A stretch of 62,936 nucleotides of DNA, the filler included, from Perkinsus chesapeaki ATCC PRA-425 (lineage: Eukaryota; Protista; Perkinsozoa): NCBI GenBank assembly GCA_013115145.1. It is 8 parts of 8 records of this genome, joined end to end, with 100 filler letters (N's around TTAATTAATTAA, not from the genome) between each part and the next. Parts side by side here need not be neighbours in the genome. Positions count along the whole stretch, not along the records: positions 1 to 20,132 come from JAAPAO010000624.1; positions 20,233 to 25,369 come from JAAPAO010001185.1; 6 more parts are not named here. One strand, written 5' to 3'. The notes beneath the pieces are model-generated. The model was given only the letters and a program-made list of their open reading frames with translations. It did not search any database and was not told the origin of the DNA. Below, piece by piece: positions 13,324 to 25,369 of the stretch. The position numbers were made by a program, and so were the translations under genes. How positions within the stretch are numbered: the first letter of the stretch is position 1; each line of letters starts with the position of its first letter.

Positions 13324-15884
13324 ATGGCAGTGAGCGTTTCATCAGCGGTAGTGAGTATAGGTGGCGACGATAATGGAGATGATGATGGGTGTGGTTGTAG
13401 TGACTACACTAGAGTAGGCGATAGGCAAATACCAAAGTGTGGTACTGAGTACTGCAAAGATGTTATACAAAATGCTACTACATCCTTCGTGTACTTGGAG
13501 GCTCCAAGGGACTCTCTGAAGATAGACCCGAACTTTAACGATGGGAAGTAATAGCGATACATTGTTAATATGTAACTGGTGTTGGTAGGGCTGTCGCACT
13601 TCGTGTTACTTCCCGAAATACGGATCATGCCGAGTCTATCACGGAGCTTCGAGATGACGCCGATCGCCGTTTCCTCCATTTCCAATTTAACGATACTGCC
13701 ATTATCGAGGCAATAGACGAGGGCTCGCTAACTGCTATAGGATGTAATAAAGGAGGGGAGTCGGTGAATGATGAGTTATGCCGCTCCTGGGGCTGGCTGG
13801 ACGCACAGTCTTACTGGCTGTGGCGTTTACAGAACGTAGAGTGTGCCGCATGAAGGCTCCACAAGGACGGCTGGCTACTAGTAATTGCCTCCGTCCTTGA
13901 ATGTATAATATAGCCCCACCGTAAACTGCTAGGGCTTAAAACCGTGAAAAGGGTAGTAGAACAGTGTTCGTAATGAGATGGGAAGTCGGACGTCGTTCAA
14001 CTGCTTAGTAAATCTTCTTAGCCCATAAAAGCACGGCCTTCCAGCTGTCATCGCTCAGATACCCTCCTTAGTGTCGACGAGCTGCAGGAGTTCCAGCTGT
14101 ACTGTGCGTCGAATCTGATGGTAACTATATGCTCAACCCAGCCAAAGGGATGTCTGGATAGGTTCGTTCGTTGGTCAATGAGAAGCACCGTAAGGTTGGC
14201 TCTGTCACCTTCCGCTTTGTAAATGTGTCGCCATTACCCTCTACCATGAGACACGCGTTCGGTCCCCGATATGGTCCTAGGGAGGGTTCCACTCTTCGAG
14301 CACGTAATGTTGATCAACCGTAGCTCTATTTCGAACAGTAGCTCTATTCCTTGCTTCAGGGACGGCGTCTGGTGAAACGGTTCATGAGATGACGATTATT
14401 GGTCACCGAGGAATCGGTAGCGATGAGATGGGGTCTCGCATCAGGGAGAACACATTGCTGGCTTTCAAGCAGGCCGCCAAGTACGGCGCGGACGCAGTAA
14501 TGGCTGGTGACGTACCATAAGGGGGGATATACGGTCTTCAATGCTCAGATTGAATTTGACGTGTTTCTTACGGCTGATCGGGCCCCGATGGTTTTCCATG
14601 ATCTCGAGATCAACCATTCAAATAGCGATAAGAAGATTCCTATCACGTCGCTGTGTGAGGAAGGTCTTCGTTCGCTGGATGAGGATAACCAGGAGAGGAT
14701 TCTAACTGGGCGAGAGAGAGCAGACTCCGCTGGCAGTGCTGTTGGAGGGAGCTTCTCATCGACGTCATCATCATCGTCCACTATTGCTTCAAGACCGAGC
14801 AACTTACAGTCTTCGGCCGCAGCTGCTGCTGGCGGTAAAATGGGCTCGCTGGAAGCAGTGAAGAGAGTAATAATGAGGGGCATGGGCTAATGGTAGTGCC
14901 GTCTAGTATAGGACTTGGTAAACATTCTTTGTTTCAACATCCATCAAAATCTACTTCTACGGTGAACCTCACGCATGTACTTGAGAACATACGGCAGTTC
15001 AGAGAGTGATGCAGTCTCTGTCCGTGTGTATGACTCCAATGCGAGGGAGACTTGCAAAACCAAGTGTAGAAATGTTAGTTTGGTAATCGTTATTATAATA
15101 CCGCTCTTCGATACTGGGAAGGCGGCTGATTCAAGGTTGTCACTGGTATGTATGTAGCTCTGTAGCTCATGCCGTCTTGCTATTCTCGTGTATATCATCA
15201 TTGTCACCGTACTAATGACGATACGATGCTGACGTTAAAGGTGGTGCTGGTTAAAGGAGCACATCGTATCTGTTAGTAGCCTTTCAACTTGTACGTGATA
15301 CATATATGCATTATAAGTATGGTTATTATAAGTAGTAAATCTGTTATAGGCCGCTTCACCACGGTTGATCTTTTTAACTTGTTGTTGATAGGCTGGTCAT
15401 TCCTAACCAAATGCACCCCTGGCTTTGTAATCGGCTGTTGTCAGGTACGAAGCCTTCATGATCTTGCCGCCACATTCCCTTCTCGAGGCCGAGTCGAATC
15501 CGAGGTCTCACCGTTGGAGGCGGAAGGTGTCCGAGATAGTGCTGCTGTCCAGGAGAAGCTGCCGAGCCTCCGAGCAGTACTGGAGGGTACACCTGAGGCC
15601 TTAGGAGCGTTGATCGAAATCAAGTAAGAGCTCGATATTTGGGCTGATATACAGAGGAACCTAACTATCGAGTATTGTGTGTTATAGTGGAAACCTGGGC
15701 ATGTCTACGACATACAAAATATATGTGCCAGGTACCCCACAGCTGCAGCTATCCGTAAGTTCCCATCGAGATCCTGTCATGATAGAGACACAGTGGCTGA
15801 TGTGATCCTTCGACATATTTACGACTATGGTAGTCCTGCCACTCGAAGGTAAGTATATAGCTGAGCAGCAGCAGCAGGAGGGGA

Positions 15885-15927
<43 letters not shown>

Positions 15928-16599
15928 GCTGCTGCTGTTGTTTGTTAGGTACATGTTTTCTTCGTTCGATCCGGAAATGTGTTTGGCTTTGCGTCAAAAG
16001 CAAAGCCGTTTCCCCATTATTTTGAATACGTGGTTTGGTTACGAGGAAGTGCATGACAATACTGAGGTCGACTTCTCCGATCTTCGAAATGTGAGTGCCT
16101 AGACGGGTTGAGTTATTCCTGATACAGTTCTTGTATTGTCAGAGAGATCCTCTCGCTGCTGCCGAGTTCTGCGCGAGGAACGGTATCGAAGGGCTGTGTC
16201 TCGAGGCATGCTGGCTGCACAAGCACTACGAGTTCGCTGATTATTGTCGTCGAGCCGGTCTGACATTGTAAGCATGCCGAATTCAGCATAAGTGTATCTG
16301 ATGTGGTTAGATACACCTACGGTCCAGAGAATAATAAGACGTCCCATGTTGAAAGGCAAATGCGTCAACTGGGAGTCTCGGGCTGTATCGTTGACAATAT
16401 CGGACGATTCAGAGGTGGCGCAGATGGTGAAGGTGCAATTGTAATCATCAATAAATTTGTCACTTTACAGGAGCTTATTTCGTATTGTCAGATGTCCCTA
16501 GCTGAGGCGCGTAAGCTTTGGTCGGCGAGTGCTACTGCGGGATCGACGACCACCTCGGGCTCATCGAGCTTCTCCGCGACGTCTTCGAATGGCATCTAA
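13324..16599 (+). CDS. Glycerophosphodiester phosphodiesterase, GDE5/GPCPD1-like, multi-exon
   Basis: IIGHRGIGSDEMGSRIRENTLLAFKQAAKYGADA-IEFDVFLTADRAPMVFHD, LIEIK, MFSSFDPEMCLALRQKQSRFPI, YTYGPENN...QLGVSGCIVDNI. Confidence 0.9.
15885..15926. repeat. (ACT)14 microsatellite inside a GDPD intron
   Basis: Perfect trinucleotide run between the donor gtaag at 15849 and the acceptor near 15948. Confidence 0.95.
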
Positions 16600-16749
16600 C
16601 TTTACTTGCTAACATCTATCATTGTGGGTGATGAAGTTCATCCTTATTATATATATAAGACAGCTTCTTTGGTCTCATCATCATCAGCTCGAAGCTCTCC
16701 CGATAGATCATTTTCATCGTTATATGACCGAGAAGCCTTATATTTGTTC

Positions 16750-17900
16750 ACTAATCCTGCCTGCTGTTACTGGAGGATGATGTCTCCCTGAACCATTGAT
16801 ATTCTGGTTAGCTGCCAGCTGCCACCGCGCTCAATGCGTATACATCGACACCGATATGTAACAATATATTTCATATGTCTGCCTTCTACACAGTTATCAT
16901 TGTGGCACATTTGCAATTTACTCGGTATTGTCTCGGCACTGGCAGCTTCCACTTTTTTATGATATGGAAGCTTTACCCTGCAGCTCTGGCTCAGGTTGCG
17001 GGCGGCGATAGTTATTACTACTCATTCGTGTGTCGGTATATGGCTACAATGAGCGCTTAACCATCCGATTTTTGCGGTACCTTGTACTACTACTATTCTG
17101 CTGAACTGTATCTTGTAAGACTGAACTAAACTGTTCCCCTCGTATCGTTCCAGTCTACCTAAATTACCTGTACCACCATTGCTATCATCATCCAATAATA
17201 GTGGGAAGGCCGATTTGATGATTCCCTACGCTTGACTGCGAGGATATCGACCGTGTGAGATATAGGAGGAGCGATTCTAGGCAATACCACATATGGTGGA
17301 GATTTGCGTTGAGATATGTAAATGTCTTCTTCTGTGGAGTCCAAGAGTGGGTTAGGAACAAACCTTATGCGCGGGGATGGGACCTTGATATAAAGATTCC
17401 TTACTATACGGCTTTTCAGCCTCACAGTGTAGTCTAACTCTCGAAGTCGTTAGCATTTACGCTTGAAAGCATCTTGTGGCGCTAAACCGAGTCTCCCCAG
17501 TGACAACTCTAACACTTCCAGGATGTTTTGGTTACTCATTAGGAAATGGGAGGAATAACGGCTAATGCGAGCACAGATACAGGCACAGCGCCTACAACTA
17601 CCCGAACTATGAATGATTACAGAGTGTTCTTATATACGCAAGCGCATCGCCTAAGCTAAGCGCAGAGCGGCCATGGAGCGGCGAATCGCGCCTGTGGGCG
17701 AATGGCCCTGCTCGCGGAAAACGGGGTCTCGAATGCACAACCCATCAACAAAAAGATAACAATAAAAGAGAGACCGCCAATGATCAAACGCGGTCGTTAG
17801 GATTCTTGGGGTCAAACTCGCGATCTCGAGGTCTTCAACAAACAGAAGGGGAAAGGGGTAGACAGCAGGCGCAGAGCCGGCGGCAGACCCAGACACTGCA
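16750..17900 (-). CDS. Hypothetical multi-exon protein; boundaries uncertain
   Basis: Consecutive minus-strand open segments bounded by GT/AG (e.g. MSNQNILEVLELSLGRLGLAPQDAFKR; YTVRLKSRIVRNLYIKVPSPRIR; EEDIYISQRKSPPYVVLPRIAP). No family recognised. Confidence 0.3.
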
Positions 17901-18920
17901 GGTGCCGACCGAATCGCACGAGGAGGCCAGGCGAGCTCTGGGAGTCATCGGAAGAAGAAGCAATAATCGCTCAATTCGTTATTACCAATAAATCATAACT
18001 TATTAGTGAGACGGCTTCACAAAACCATGTTCCGCGGAGGAGTTGGCTCGGCCAACTTGGCTGTGATTGAGGGTGTTCTTGTTTAAGGTTACGGTGAGTC
18101 CCTAAGCTAGGCAACACGAGGCTTATACTGGCCCCGAATTGCTTTTGGTGAGGAAAGCGTTGGGAGTTCCTAAGGATTCTGTGCGCTGCAGCAGCAGCAA
18201 GGACTTGTTGTAGAATTCTGCGCAGTCTATGTGCATGCGTGGTATAATAATCAATAGCTAAGCGGGCGGCGCGGTTGGTTATCGCCTGCCCTTGGTGTGT
18301 TATTGGTTATCAGTACTACCTCTGGCGTAAGCTAACTATCTCTCAAGGTCCCTCATGTTGTGTCAACACATCTGAGCTTCTAGTACCACATCAAAGAACC
18401 GTAGTTACCCGAACCCGATTACAGACTCACCTGCGCTGTGTGACGCTGCGCAAGCGAATATCTTTTGTGGGACCAAGTCTGTTTGAACTCATCCCAGACA
18501 GTGGGATTCCAGCGACTGCTCTGAGGAAAGTTGCCGGGCTTTGGTGTCGCTTTTTGGGCGGCAGTTGAGCCGGTATTCAGACGAAGGTAAGTGTGCACAT
18601 GTGCAGCTGACTAGGCGTGTGACGCGAGGCTGCGCCGCGGTACTTTCCCTGTTGTAAGTCATCAAATAGGAACATCATAGCATTTTCGCTTAGTTCGCGA
18701 TTAACTCTTGCTCGGATGCTATAACACATGCTATTATGACGTCATTGTTATTTCATTATCATTTTAACATTGCAGCATGTCACATTTGACGGGAATACCC
18801 ATTACTGTACGTCGTGCATTATTAGGTGCAGGCGTGAATACGTGGGCTAAGGCCGGCGACTTCCCATCCAGACTCGCGCATAAGCTGCATCACAATGCTT
18901 CCAGCGCTGAAGATTCAATA

Positions 18921-20019
18921 ATGACAGCTTCTGGTTATTACACCGTAGCGACCCTCCTACTTTATCAAATCACTCAAGGTCTCGATAATGGCCTTGGTTT
19001 AACCCCTCCGATGGGCTGGCTTAGTTGGGAAAAGTATCGCTGTGAAACAGACTGTAAGAATCATCCTAAGAGCTGCATCAATGAAGATCTTTATAAACGT
19101 ATGGCTGATGCACTCGTCGATCAAGGATACAAGTGAGCCTGACGACCTCAGTCTATCCTCCTCCGGTTAGAATTCTCTCAGAGATGTTGGTTATGAATAT
19201 GTCAATATTGATGACTGTTGGGCATTAAAAGAGCGTGATGCGCATGACCAAATGGTTCCTGATCCAGAACGATTTCCAAACGGCATTAAAGGCGTTGCCG
19301 ACTATGTTCATTCTAAAGGTCTCAAGTTAGGCCTTTACTCTGTAAGAAGCTCTACTCTTAGCTTGCCCTTCTATTGTCGATTCTTGGTACTCTTTCTCGA
19401 TACTTAATGTATCTTCCTTTAGGATATTGGTTCGAAGACATGTGAAAAGTATCCAGGCAGTGAGGGTTATTATGACATAGATTCATATACCTTTGCCAAG
19501 TGGGGAATTGATTCTCTTAAAGTGGATGGTTGTAACGCTTATTACAAGGTGAGTATCTTTACAGCGGTAGTTAGTTGTTCAACCAGGACTTTGAGCTGTT
19601 ATATCCATCCTTTGGTAAAACTCTAAACTCGACAGGAAGGCCGATTCTGTATGAATGCAGGTGAGAGAGAAGCCAATCGTTCTTCAACCAAGCACACATT
19701 ATCCGCTCTCTTTGCTGCCCTCAACTAGGCTTTTCACGAAGATATTTTGTATCATTTCAGTTGGCCCTTATTCACGCCTGGTCACCTGCTTAATACCGAT
19801 GTTATACCCAAAAAAATTGCACCGAAGTGCAATTATTGGCGTATGACGGATGATATTAAAGATAATTGGGGCTCCTTGAAGAAGACAGTTGACCTTTTCG
19901 CACGCCCCGAAGCTAAAGAGTCGATGGTCAGTCAGCAAACATTTAGGCTTTATGTTATTTAATACGCTGACCCGTTAGATACCTGCGAGCGGCCCAGGAC
20001 ACTTTAATGACGCTGATAT
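18921..20019 (+). CDS. GH27 alpha-galactosidase / alpha-N-acetylgalactosaminidase, 3'-truncated by contig end
   Basis: Signal peptide then [85 protein letters not shown]. Confidence 0.95.
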
Positions 20020-20132
20020 GTAACTGGCATCACCGCTTCTCGCTTATCATACTGTTTTATGTGAGTTGAAGACTCTCGCCTGAGAGTGTTCAGCTAGGTA
20101 AAATGCACAGTGAGCGTCAAGTGACCTTCTCT

Positions 20133-20232
20133 NNNNNNNNNNNNNNNNNNNNNNNNNNNNNNNNNNNNNNNNNNNNTTAATTAATTAANNNNNNNNNNNN
20201 NNNNNNNNNNNNNNNNNNNNNNNNNNNNNNNN
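20133..20232. other. Artificial contig-joining linker (44 N + TTAATTAATTAA + 44 N); also at 25370-25469, 39420-39519, 44202-44301, 45618-45717, 47089-47188, 61443-61542
   Basis: Identical 100-nt structure seven times, with a core giving stops in all six frames. Flanking genes are truncated at these points. Confidence 0.97.
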
Positions 20233-20250
20233 ACTCAACCCCTGTTTTCT

Positions 20251-21978
20251 ATGGCATCAACTGTAGAGTTACCGGCACAGATAGAGAACAGAACCGGCCA
20301 AGACATGGTGACAGCTGTGGCAGCAATTACGGCAAATGAGGCACCTATTTTTGAGACTCCCGCAACTAAGCGACAGCGGGAGCTGCTTAGGCTCCGTATG
20401 GAGCGTGGTCGTGTACAAGGAAGACTGAACAACCTCAGAGAGATGATGAAGAACATCTACGTCCCAGAAGGGGACGAGGTTCCGCAGGAGCTTGTTGACC
20501 TGGGCGCCAGAGAATCACTCCAGCTGGACCATCTGGCGAGAGTTCAGGCCGAGATAGACGAGATGGAAGGAGCAGCACTCTCAGTGGCACTGCGCTCATC
20601 TCACAATGGATCAGCGTTAGGATCGAGCCGCTCGAAGAAAAGACAAGAGTGCCATCCACTGGTTAACAATCAAGCCGATGACCTTGTCCCGATCCTCGAG
20701 AAGACTACGGTTAACTCTCCGCCAGCGGCTTCGATCCCACCTAGGGGAGGTTCGGCACCGGCTGCATTTTACTCTTCACCTCAAGCACATTTAGCTGCCT
20801 CTCCTCCAGAGTCCCCACTGATCCAACTGCATGATGAGCTATCGGGGCGGGAGATGTCGCGTGCGCATATCCTCTCGGGCTCTCGAGTGCCTGATTCGGC
20901 GTGTGTGTCTAGGGACGGTGCTGTTCCGAAAGGGGTAGATCCCTCTAGACTAAAGCTCCCCAAATGCACTGAGGCTCTAGAGATAGCGACTCATTTTGAG
21001 GTCTGTGAAAATGTTTTGGTGGAAGCTCGGGTCGGGACGTTTATCATGGAGGGCAAATCTCGTCATTTCAGACCCTATGGAGATGTACAGGTGTCATGTA
21101 TAGAAGCTTTCCTGAGAACATTACCAGAGGGCCCTATTTATAAGACGGGCAAGAGGGTAGCCAGGAAGTTTGCTTGGTCATGGCCACATCTGCGGCATAG
21201 CATTGTTAGCCGATATGGTCGTAGATCGGTGATCAAGAGCGAGCTCGATAGGTCTCTCCGTCAGCTCAAGTTCACGTCACCAGCTGAAGTCGATGATTTC
21301 TTGGAGCAATGCGAGGCCATCATCACAGCCTTGGAAGCGGCGTATGGTAACGACAGCAGTGAGACCCGTAGGGTGGTAAAGCACATTGTTGGTACTCTGC
21401 CACCTGCCATCGCTACTGACGTCATCAAGGAGATCAAGCAGACGGTTGGTTTTACATCAGCTTCACATCGGAGGGTGGCGATGGACGCCGATTGGGAATT
21501 GCTACTCCCTTTCGCTCCTAGTTTCGATCCTTTGCTTAGTGACCAGGTCTCGATAAGTGACATTATCCGAGACAATTGCCGCACCATTGAGAGCGGAGAC
21601 CCGAAGTCGACTTGGTCGGATCGGGTGGCCTACGCTGGTCGCGGACAGTCCGAGGGATCGACTCCATGGAACAAGAGCAAGGCAAACCCGAAGTCCGATG
21701 GCAAGGCTAAAATACCGCTGAGCCAATGGGCGAAGAGTTATGCTATTGTTTATGTTATTCAAGCACAAGGAGCCGACTACAAGCTGGATCGAGATGCTAT
21801 CACCCGAGATTTGTCCCCAGATGAAGCTAAGTTCATTCGCGGCAAGAAGAAGCCCCTGGTTATGGTAGCATATAAGATCGCTGAGCGTGGGAAGGAGGCA
21901 GTGGAGAAGTGCTCAAATAAGCCGGAGTACTCTATCCGTCCTTTCCAATTTGACAAGAGCCAGTCGGGAAACGAGTAG
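20251..21978 (+). CDS. Gag-like protein of retrotransposon 1
   Basis: 575-aa intronless ORF with an N-terminal coiled coil and a retrotransposon-gag-like helical region (LRQLKFTSPAEVDDFLEQCE), directly upstream of pol. No CCHC knuckle seen. Confidence 0.75.
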   Translation: MASTVELPAQIENRTGQDMVTAVAAITANEAPIFETPATKRQRELLRLRMERGRVQGRLNNLREMMKNIYVPEGDEVPQELVDLGARESLQLDHLARVQAEIDEMEGAALSVALRSSHNGSALGSSRSKKRQECHPLVNNQADDLVPILEKTTVNSPPAASIPPRGGSAPAAFYSSPQAHLAASPPESPLIQLHDELSGREMSRAHILSGSRVPDSACVSRDGAVPKGVDPSRLKLPKCTEALEIATHFEVCENVLVEARVGTFIMEGKSRHFRPYGDVQVSCIEAFLRTLPEGPIYKTGKRVARKFAWSWPHLRHSIVSRYGRRSVIKSELDRSLRQLKFTSPAEVDDFLEQCEAIITALEAAYGNDSSETRRVVKHIVGTLPPAIATDVIKEIKQTVGFTSASHRRVAMDADWELLLPFAPSFDPLLSDQVSISDIIRDNCRTIESGDPKSTWSDRVAYAGRGQSEGSTPWNKSKANPKSDGKAKIPLSQWAKSYAIVYVIQAQGADYKLDRDAITRDLSPDEAKFIRGKKKPLVMVAYKIAERGKEAVEKCSNKPEYSIRPFQFDKSQSGNE

Positions 21979-22010
21979 GGCCGACGTATGTTAGGGACAT
22001 AACGTCGGCC
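21966..22010 (+). promoter_or_regulatory. -1 programmed ribosomal frameshift signal: slippery heptamer G GGA AAC, 6-nt spacer, 13-bp stem-loop
   Basis: GGGAAAC at 21966-21972 is in X XXY YYZ phase of gag. Stem ggccgacgt-atgt / acat-(a)-acgtcggcc lies at 21979-22010. The -1 frame is open into the protease ORF. Confidence 0.88.
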
Positions 22011-25000
22011 AGCTTGACTTCCCCTAATAATTTTTATGATGCTGATGCTGCGGGTGGTGGTGGTATTGACGAGGCCAGCTTTGACAAGGTTTGTTCCTTA
22101 CAACTTGAGGTACCTCCTGAGTTGACAGTCCACTGCGACCTGATATCATCTAAGGATCCCAGCAAGCGTCTTACAGATGTTATGGCTATCTGTGACCCTG
22201 GTGCTGGGAGGTCCTACTGGATTCTGGCAGATGATTGTGAGGCCATTTTGCCGACCGAAACCACGACACGGTGGGTCGAGCTCGCGGATGGTTCTCGGTG
22301 TTCAATCAATCGCAAAGTTGAGGTTCACTTAGCACTCAAGCGGCCCACGGCACCTACTGTCGGCCCAGTCGAGTTCTTGGTCCTTCCCTATGAACAGAGC
22401 CGTGTAAAAGGAAATTACCGCCTGCTCATTGGCAGAGACCTTGGTGGATACCTTGGTCTTCAACTGGATTTGGGAACCGGCACAGTATCGATTGGAGTAG
22501 GTACGCATGGTGCTGGGAAGCTTTTGGATGAGTCCAGCAGTGATCTCGACGGGTGCGATATACTGGGATATGTTGGAGTGGATACTCCGGGTGTGGTGAC
22601 ACNNNNNNNNNNNNNNNNNNNNNNNNNNNNNNNNNNNNNNNNNNNNNNNNNNNNNNNNNNNNNNNNNNNNNNNNNNNNNNNNNNNNNNNNNNNNNNNNAT
22701 GTATCATTGGCCATGACAGCCTCTGTTTGCATCCTGAGCATCGTTTGGCGGCTGATGTGCTGAGAGCGATAACGGGAAGGTGCTACAGTCGGTTGCCATG
22801 GGTGGTGCCCTACAGGGTGGATACTCTTTCATCTCCCCTTCAATTGGCCTACCGAGAGACTCTTGCGTGGATCAGTGAGTTGGGGCCAGACGAAGGAGAA
22901 ACCGCATGTGTCCACAAATCCCCCATCAATGATGACGACACGGTGTTGGATATTTCTTTGGAAACCGATGCCTCATTATTAGGATGGGGTTGGTCATTGT
23001 CTATAAGGTCAAGTATGGGTGGTGATGAGGCGGAAGATATCGCTACAGAATTGGCTGCTGCTGCGGGTCGCTGGTCTGCACGAGAGTCAGTTTATCATTC
23101 GAACCGGAGGGAGCTGATAGCCCTATGGAAGGGGCTCCAGTTCACAGTCAGTTTCTTGGAGTATTATGTCAAATCGAGATCACGGCCAAGGACATGCAAC
23201 TTGCTGGTTCGTAGTGATAACGTCTCTACAGTGCAATGGTCGCAAGGCAAAAGACCTTCCAAGGCCCTTGAAGCCCGAGCGATTCTGAGACTGGGTTCGG
23301 TGATAGATGAAGAACTGGAAACTGCCAGGTCCATGGCGAGCGTCGAAATCTCTCATGTTAAAGGTTCTCTCAATGTTCGAGCAGATTGCCTTTCTCGTTT
23401 GCTAGAGAGAAGATGTGGTTCTTCGTCCCCGCCGATGTCTTTAGGTAAGACTCTGCAGATGCATCTCGACATCCCACCATCGTCTGCGCGGCCGCTTGAT
23501 GATTTGATATGCCGCCTAGGAGATCTGCCTCCGACTGAGTCGGGGCGTCACATCCATGATCGAATTTGCCATATTTCGATGTCGGATCAGCACCAAGAAG
23601 CTTCAATAACAACCTATACGCCGACATCAGAGAAGGTGGCAGCAGATTCCTGGGATGTGGACGTGGTATTTGGCCGGTGGGCGGTGCTTCGATGGTGCCT
23701 GCGCTGTTGGAGAGATTCCACACCTTCTAATGACCCTTTCCCGGTGTCCTACACTGAGAACGACCGCTCTGCCTATATCTTGGCCCTACAGAAGGAGTAT
23801 TGGTCTCAGGCGGAATGGAAAGAGCTGCTGCAAAACAAGCGATATGCCGAGGATTCAAACGGAGTAATCAGGTATCGCTTACCGGCGATAGATGGTACAT
23901 GCCTGTGGTGCTATGCTGTGCCGAAGCGCTCATGTATGTTCAGGATGAAGCTGGTAAAAACTGCACACCGACTAGCAGTGCATCCCGGTGTGGCTGGTAC
24001 GGTCGAAAAGGTGCATCAGCTTGGCTACATCAGTCCGGCGCTACGGAGCGTGGCCCGAGATGAGATTAGTACTTGTGTGATGTGTCAGCTGCTATCCGCC
24101 AAGCGCTCATGGGATCAGCCCATGGGGGTGGCGGGACCGGGATCTCAAGACCCGGAATTGAGGCTTGATAGACTGTTGACTGACAACCGCCCTCCCTACT
24201 ATGCAGTGGCCGCGGATGTCATCAAGGTTAACTCCGATCTTATGTTTATGTCCTTTTTCTGTATACAGACTCGTCATTGTTTGTGGATACAGATCGAGGC
24301 AGCAGACAGTGCGAGTTTGGCCGAGGCTACCGCAAGGGCGCAACGGCGAGAAGGAGGATTCCAGCATCTCGTCGCAGATGGAGCAGTGGCTACCAGGCCG
24401 TTCGCGGAAGCAGTAAGGCATTTCGGATGCTCTGTTATAATGGCAGATCCAAGGGCTCCTTGGTCGACGGGAGTGGAAACCCATCACCGAATGGCGTTGA
24501 AAGTGGGTCGAGTACTGCTGCAGAGGAAGTTTAGGGCTCGCGGTGCCTGGTCGAGTACTACACGGCAGGATTTCGGCGATGAAGTATGTTGGATATTGAA
24601 TCGGCGACCACTCACTAAGGCTGATATCGATAGCGGTGGACGACTGGCTGTACTCACACCGGATCATCTACGTTATGGATATGTCCGAGAAGGGGATAAC
24701 TGCGTGGGAGAGAGCTTCTCTTGCGACTCACTGGGAGACCGAAGATTATTCTTCATGCGATCGTTTATGTCGATATATTGGCCATCCCAAAGACGTGAGA
24801 CCAGCTTGCAAGATAGAAGGCTGGCTCGAAGAGGTCAGGGTTTCCGCGCTGGCGACGCGGTTATGATCTATGTTCCCCGCGGGAAAGATAAGCCCCAATG
24901 GAGATGCGGATGGGTTATCAGACCCATCAGCGGTCGAAGGTATTGTGTATTATGGACTCGAACTCAATCTGAGCGGTCAGTTGAGAGAGTGGCGACGGAG

Positions 25001-25312
25001 TCTCACTACAACTTACTCCCTCTGAAGATCCGAGGAATTCCTAACGGAGGTTCGCTGGATTCAGTTGGTGAGAGTGGTGAATGTGGACCTAGCCTAGTCG
25101 GAGCGAGGATGAAATTCCTGATACCACATGTCGACGGATCGAAGGATTATTATATGTCTACAGTATTACATCATCGTGGAGAGAGAGTACTGGTGGTGTG
25201 GGATATTGTGGAGCGAGGCGAGTCGAGGTTGGAATGGTTGAAGCTGAGTTGCGAAGAATGGGATTTTGATGTGGCGGGTTCCCCACCAAGGGGGGCGTGT
25301 CACGTACCGTGA
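21966..25312 (+). CDS. Pol polyprotein of retrotransposon 1 (interrupted by an N gap at 22603-22698)
   Basis: Protease AICDPGAGRS. RNase H ETDASLLGWG...RRELIAL...RSDN...NVRADCLSR. Integrase H-x4-H...CVMC zinc finger, AADVIKV, LVADGA, GVETHHR. Confidence 0.88.
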
Positions 25313-25369
25313 CGCTGCACGCGTCCCGCAAGTCCGTGAAGATGCAATCTCGCTCGCCCACGGAAGATA
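25298..25369 (+). repeat. Start of 3' LTR of retrotransposon 1 (truncated by contig end)
   Basis: TGTCAC immediately follows the polypurine tract. Confidence 0.7.

Larger units (their letters stand above)
20233..25369 (+). mobile_element. LTR retrotransposon 1 (gag, -1 frameshift, protease, [RT in 96-N gap], RNase H, integrase, PPT, start of 3' LTR)
   Basis: Domain order PR-(RT)-RH-IN as in Ty3/gypsy. Polypurine tract aagggggg-cg is followed by TGTCAC at 25298. Confidence 0.9.

Noticed and set aside
15749-16102. ORFs with poly-V or poly-Y tracts
   Set aside because: They are translations of the intronic (ACT)n microsatellite.
20177-20188. TTAATTAATTAA as a regulatory palindrome or piggyBac TTAA target
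   Set aside because: It is always centred in an identical N spacer, so it is an assembly linker.
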